Positions 59,843-64,000 of a stretch of DNA of 64,000 bases are shown piece by piece; within the stretch, counting starts at the first letter, position 1, and every line of letters begins with the position of its first letter. This DNA comes from Hyaloraphidium curvatum SAG 235-1 (taxonomy: Eukaryota > Fungi > Monoblepharomycota). A program made the position numbers and the translations under genes. The stretch covers positions 248,001-312,000 of the forward strand of contig JAIVFI010000030.1 in assembly GCA_025558095.1 (NCBI GenBank), written 5' to 3'. Under the pieces are notes generated by a model that was not told where the DNA came from, did no database searches, and was given only the letters and a program-made list of their open reading frames with translations.

Positions 59843-61378
59843 ATGGCATCCGCGGCGTCACTGGACTCGCTGCCGATCGAGGTGCTCGAGCTCGTGCTCT
59901 CCTACGTGGACGCGGCCACGCTGCGCGCGTGCCTGCTGACGCGCGCGCTGTTCGAGGCCGCGGTCGACGCGCTGTGGCATACCGTCGCGCTGCCGCCACA
60001 GCTGTCGCCCGCCGCGTGGGCCGTCGTGCGCGTGCTGCGCAAGGGCACGCTGGGGGCGCAGTCGTCGCAGTCGCAGCCCGACTCGCAGAACAGCGGGCGG
60101 GCGAACCCCCCCGCGAAGGGGGCGGCCAAGGCGGCCCGCAAGCCCGCGACAGTGTTCCCCTATGCGCAGTGGGTCCGATCGTTGGCCGTGCACACCGCCG
60201 CCGCGGAGCTGTCGCCCAAGATGCTCAAGGACATCGCCGGCAACCTGACCGGGGGGCGGCTGCGGCGGCTGGTCCTCACAATGAGGGAGCGGGCGGTGCA
60301 GGACATGTGGGCGTCGGTCGTCGACGCGCTGCCGGATTTCGCGGACCAGATCCGGGAGCTGCACCTGCTCGGGGTCGACGCGGTGGGCCCGCGGCTGGTC
60401 ACGATGGTCTCGCAGTTCGAGCACCTCGAGGCGCTGGGCCTCGAGGTGCGCGGCAGCACGGCCCCGGACCGCGTGAGCAACCTGATCCGGGGCGTGCTTT
60501 CGGGCAACCGCTCGCTGCTCTCGTTCGAGTACTCGGACTCGGCGCCGTGGCTGTGGTACGACCCCATCCGCCTCGAGGGCAGCCTGGGGACCATCTCCAA
60601 GCACGGCGGGCACATCGCGTCGCTCAAGCTGCGCGGGATCCGGTACTGCGACGGCGCGCTGCTCCGCGCGCTCGCCGAAGGGTTGGGCCGCCTGCAGGAG
60701 CTGGCCCTGCGCGACTTTTGGCTCGCCGAGGACGCCTCGTTCGCGGATTTTTTCAAGGCGCTGCCCAAGCTGACCCGGCTGCGCATGGAAAACACCACCT
60801 CGATCCCCTCGGACGCGCTGGAGCCGCAGACGGAGCTGCAGCACCTCTCGCTGTGCCTGGACCTCCCCCCCCTGCTGCTGGAAAAGGTCGCCAGCTTCCT
60901 GGAAAACGTCGTGGAACTCGACGTGCGCAGCGCGACCGCGCACGCCGACGTGGACCTCGACGCGCTGGCGCCCATCGCCGACAGGCTGCAGTTGCTCTAC
61001 CTGGACACGGTGCAGCTCGCATCCATCACGCCCCGGGCGACCTTCCCCGCGCTCACGCGGTTCGGCCTCGGCCCGGCGGTCCGCCTCGCGCAGGGCGACA
61101 CGCTCGGCGCCGCCGCGGCGCGGGACCTCTTCGCGGGGCGGTTCCCGCGCCTGCACACGGCGGGGCTCGCGGCGTTCTACGGCGCGCTGGGGGACAGGGT
61201 GGACCACCGCTGGCTCTCGGAAACCTTCCTCGCGGCGCACCCGGGCGTGCGCAGGGTGTTTCTGGGCGTGGCAAGTGCGTCGTTCGTCGCGGCGGACAGG
61301 CTGCCGGAGCTCAGGAGGAGGCACAGGGACGTTTCCTTCGAGCGGTGCGACTGGTTCGAGGGCGGCAGGGCGCTGTAG
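59843..61378 (+). CDS. F-box/leucine-rich-repeat-like protein, intronless
   Basis: LDSLPIEVLELVLSYV (F-box), followed by LxxLxL repeats. Confidence 0.8.
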   Translation: MASAASLDSLPIEVLELVLSYVDAATLRACLLTRALFEAAVDALWHTVALPPQLSPAAWAVVRVLRKGTLGAQSSQSQPDSQNSGRANPPAKGAAKAARKPATVFPYAQWVRSLAVHTAAAELSPKMLKDIAGNLTGGRLRRLVLTMRERAVQDMWASVVDALPDFADQIRELHLLGVDAVGPRLVTMVSQFEHLEALGLEVRGSTAPDRVSNLIRGVLSGNRSLLSFEYSDSAPWLWYDPIRLEGSLGTISKHGGHIASLKLRGIRYCDGALLRALAEGLGRLQELALRDFWLAEDASFADFFKALPKLTRLRMENTTSIPSDALEPQTELQHLSLCLDLPPLLLEKVASFLENVVELDVRSATAHADVDLDALAPIADRLQLLYLDTVQLASITPRATFPALTRFGLGPAVRLAQGDTLGAAAARDLFAGRFPRLHTAGLAAFYGALGDRVDHRWLSETFLAAHPGVRRVFLGVASASFVAADRLPELRRRHRDVSFERCDWFEGGRAL

Positions 61379-61415
61379 GTGCCTAGGAGGCGCTCGGACG
61401 GCCGTTGTTTTGGGT

Positions 61416-62794
61416 CTATTGCGCCTGGGCCACGGCCTCGTCGAGCTGCTTGAGCTCGTCGGGGAAGGTCGAAACCGTGTCGAGCGTGTCCGCGGCCATC
61501 TTGCGCATCTCTGAAAGCAGCGCGGCCAGCTGCCGCAGCTGCAATAGACCGTCAGTCACACAATCGCTGCAGTGGTTGCGCCGGATGTCCACCTTTTCCA
61601 GCGACGGCGCCTTTGCCGGGTCCTCATCCCCGCACTCGCCCACCAGCGACCCCAGCAGCACGTTCGCCTGCTTCAGCTTGGCCACCAGCGCGTCGACGCT
61701 GGGCACGATGAGGCCGGGGATGGGGTGGCGCACCCCGCGCGAGTGCGCGGCCGAGGCGAGCTGCTCGTGCAGCGGCGCGAGGCGCTCGAAGAGCGGCCTG
61801 AGCTTTTTCAGGGCTTCGATCTGCGGCAGGCGGAGAGCAACGATTAGTGCCGTCCCGACCCGGAGACGGGACGGGAGCGAGCACCTGCTGGAGGAGCACC
61901 GCCGCCGTCCCCGCCTGCCTCCTCCCCTCCTCCACCCTCATCCGCAGCGCGTGCGCCCTGTCCAGTTCCTCCCGCAGCAGCTCCGCGGCGGCGAGCAGCT
62001 GCCTCTCGGCCGAGGCGCGCTGCTCCGCGTACGCTTTCTGCGCGCGCACGGCGAGCAGGCGCCACTGCAGCAGGCGGATGTGGGCGAGGTAGACCTGCTC
62101 GTCCGAGACGGGGGGGAGGGGGGCGCGCGGGCGCGCGGAGGCGGGGGCGGGGAGGGAGGCGGGCGGGGCGGGGGACGGGGAGGCGGAGGTGAGGGCGGGT
62201 TCGGGGGAGCAGGGGGCAGTGCCTGCCGCCGAGGAGGGGAGCAGGAGGGATCTGCCGGCGGACGGTCTGCCGGAGATGGCAGCATGCCGCGACCAGGAGG
62301 CAGACGAGGGTCCGGTGGCGGGTCCGGCGGTGGGGCCGGCGGAGGGTCCGGGGCGCGGGGCCACAGGCCTCTCTGGCGGCCGCGTGGACGGCAGCGGCCT
62401 CGGCACCACGCCCGACTTTGCGGCCACCGCCGGCCTGGCCCCACGTCCGGCGTCCGCGTGCGCGCGCCCCGGCTGCGGCGGCCGCGGTGCGGGCAGCGCG
62501 GATCTGTTTGCCGGGTCGGGTGCGCTTGCGAGCGGCTTCGCGTTCGGCCGCTTCGGCGGGCTGAGCGAGCGCTTCCCGGGCGGCGCGGCGGCCTTCTGCG
62601 GGGCGGCCTTCTGCGGGGCGGCGAGGTAGCGCGAGGCCACGTAGCGGACTGCCGAGAGGTGAGCGGGCGGGAGCGGGGGAGCGCGGGCGCGGGGGAGCGC
62701 ACCCACCCTTCGGCGCGCCCGGCTGCCCCGACTCCGACTCGGCGGGGCTCGCGCGGCCCGATGGCGGCGACGCCGTGCGGCCCTCGGCGCTCAT
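61416..62794 (-). CDS. HAUS8/AUG8 (QWRF-like) augmin subunit candidate, multi-exon
   Basis: N-terminal VASRYL, basic P/S-rich linker, RLLQWRLLAVRA..A...Q...AERQL coiled coil. Confidence 0.6.
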
Positions 62795-62892
62795 CGCGAG
62801 GGGCTGCAATTCGGGGCAGCCGACCTCGATCAGACCTCGATCACCAGTCGCCCGCTCTCCCGGCTCGGGGTCCTGCGGGCCCGCGGCGGCCG

Positions 62893-63879
62893 ATGTCTTT
62901 CGGAGCACGCGGGCTTTCTTGCTTGGTTGTGCTGCAGCTGCTCGTCGGCCTCGCGTTCCTCGTCCGCTCTCCGGGCGGCACACAGCCCGGCGTCCCCCGG
63001 CCCGCCCTCCCCGCCATCGCGCCGGCACCCGATGCGCAAACCCCGGCGGACGCGTTCGAGCCGTTCCATGCCGCCTCACCCCCGGGCCCCGTGCCCCCCG
63101 GCTCCCGCCTGCGCGTCGCCGCCCTCGCCATATTCAAGGACGAGGCGCACGCCATGGAGGAATGGATTTCGCACCACCTCCTCCTGGAGGGCTTCGACGC
63201 CCTCGTCCTGCTCGACAACGGCTCCACGGACCGCTCGGCCGCCGTCGCAAACGCGACCGCCGCCGCCCTCAACCGCACCTCGGACGTGCACGTGCTCAAC
63301 GCCGCCGCGCGGAGCCGCCAGTCGGTGCACTACAACGCCGCCATGCCCCTGCTCCGTTCCCTCGCCGACGTCGCCCTCGTCGCGGACCTGGACGAGTTCC
63401 TGTACTCGGCAGACGGCACGACCGCCGCGGACCACCTCCGCGCCGCATTTTCCCAACCCGTCGCCCAGATCACCCTCCCCATGCTCCGCTTCGGCTCCTC
63501 GGGCCACGCGAAGCAGCCACCCTCGATCCGCAAGGGCTTCGTCCACCGCCGGCGGGAGCACCCCGCCGAGGACGCCCTCTTCGGCAGCCGCAAATCCGCC
63601 GTGCGCCTCGCGTCGACCCTCCTCTTCGTGGTGCACGTGCACCAGGTCTTCGGCGAGACGGTGGCGTGGGACGCCGGCGGGCCGGTGAGGCTGAACCACT
63701 ACCGCATACAGAGCAGGGAGTTTTTCGGGACGGTCAAAATGGGGCGGGGGGACGTGGCGGGCTTGGACAGGACGGCGGGGAGGGATTGGGGTTACTTCGA
63801 GAGGGAGGACTACAGGGACGTCGTGGACACGGGGCTCAAGGACAAGGTGGAGGCGTGGGAGAGGCGGGGCGGCCGATAG
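62893..63879 (+). CDS. Type II membrane GT-A glycosyltransferase (GT92/GT2-like), intronless
   Basis: N-terminal TM; AIFKDEAHAMEEWISHH...LLDNGSTD; ADLDEFLY; RLNHY. Confidence 0.85.
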   Translation: MSFGARGLSCLVVLQLLVGLAFLVRSPGGTQPGVPRPALPAIAPAPDAQTPADAFEPFHAASPPGPVPPGSRLRVAALAIFKDEAHAMEEWISHHLLLEGFDALVLLDNGSTDRSAAVANATAAALNRTSDVHVLNAAARSRQSVHYNAAMPLLRSLADVALVADLDEFLYSADGTTAADHLRAAFSQPVAQITLPMLRFGSSGHAKQPPSIRKGFVHRRREHPAEDALFGSRKSAVRLASTLLFVVHVHQVFGETVAWDAGGPVRLNHYRIQSREFFGTVKMGRGDVAGLDRTAGRDWGYFEREDYRDVVDTGLKDKVEAWERRGGR

Positions 63880-64000
63880 CGCTGTTCGTCGGCGCTATGG
63901 AGAGAGGACGCAATCGGTGACGCGATCAGCATCTGCACCACTCTCCCTTCGCTGTCCCGCACTCTAAAGGGCCGTTCGAGCCCAATTCCCCGTACATCCT

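Noticed and set aside
56219-63920. Long overlapping ORFs (e.g. 56632-58725, 59764-61386, 59858-61324, 5' part of 61405-63879)
   Set aside because: R/G/A/P-rich shadow frames of real genes in very GC-rich DNA.

Overview
Eukaryotic, GC-rich, very gene-dense DNA with many short (~50-60 nt) spliceosomal introns. The gene content suggests an early-diverging (zoosporic-type) fungus; this is inference, not a database result. About 26 ordinary host genes occupy 1-4.3 kb and 22.7-64 kb, including Vps39-like, SAD1/USP39, UBC7, APS2, PRP46, IBA57, a P2 ATPase, MTR3, CHK1, SAM synthetase, IDP, U1A/U2B'', ARC40, PEX14, SOF1, NOC2, TVP23, MSW1, EPL1, PPIL4, Gbp2-like, F-box/LRR, HAUS8/QWRF-like and a glycosyltransferase. 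An ~18-kb mobile-DNA island lies between the convergent SAD1 and UBC7 genes. It holds two decayed LINE copies carrying three nested LTR insertions with clean 5-bp TSDs, a phased 21-bp repeat array, and a young Ty1/copia element whose gag and pol appear joined by an intron plus a single in-frame TAA. The most interesting part is a compact, intron-free cassette (18055-~22340). It encodes a tyrosine recombinase resembling the virophage/Polinton-like-virus type, four divergent stand-alone paralogues resembling that recombinase's own N-terminal DNA-binding domain, and a possibly frameshifted GIY-YIG-like ORF. Spliced gene coordinates were read by eye and some starts are uncertain.
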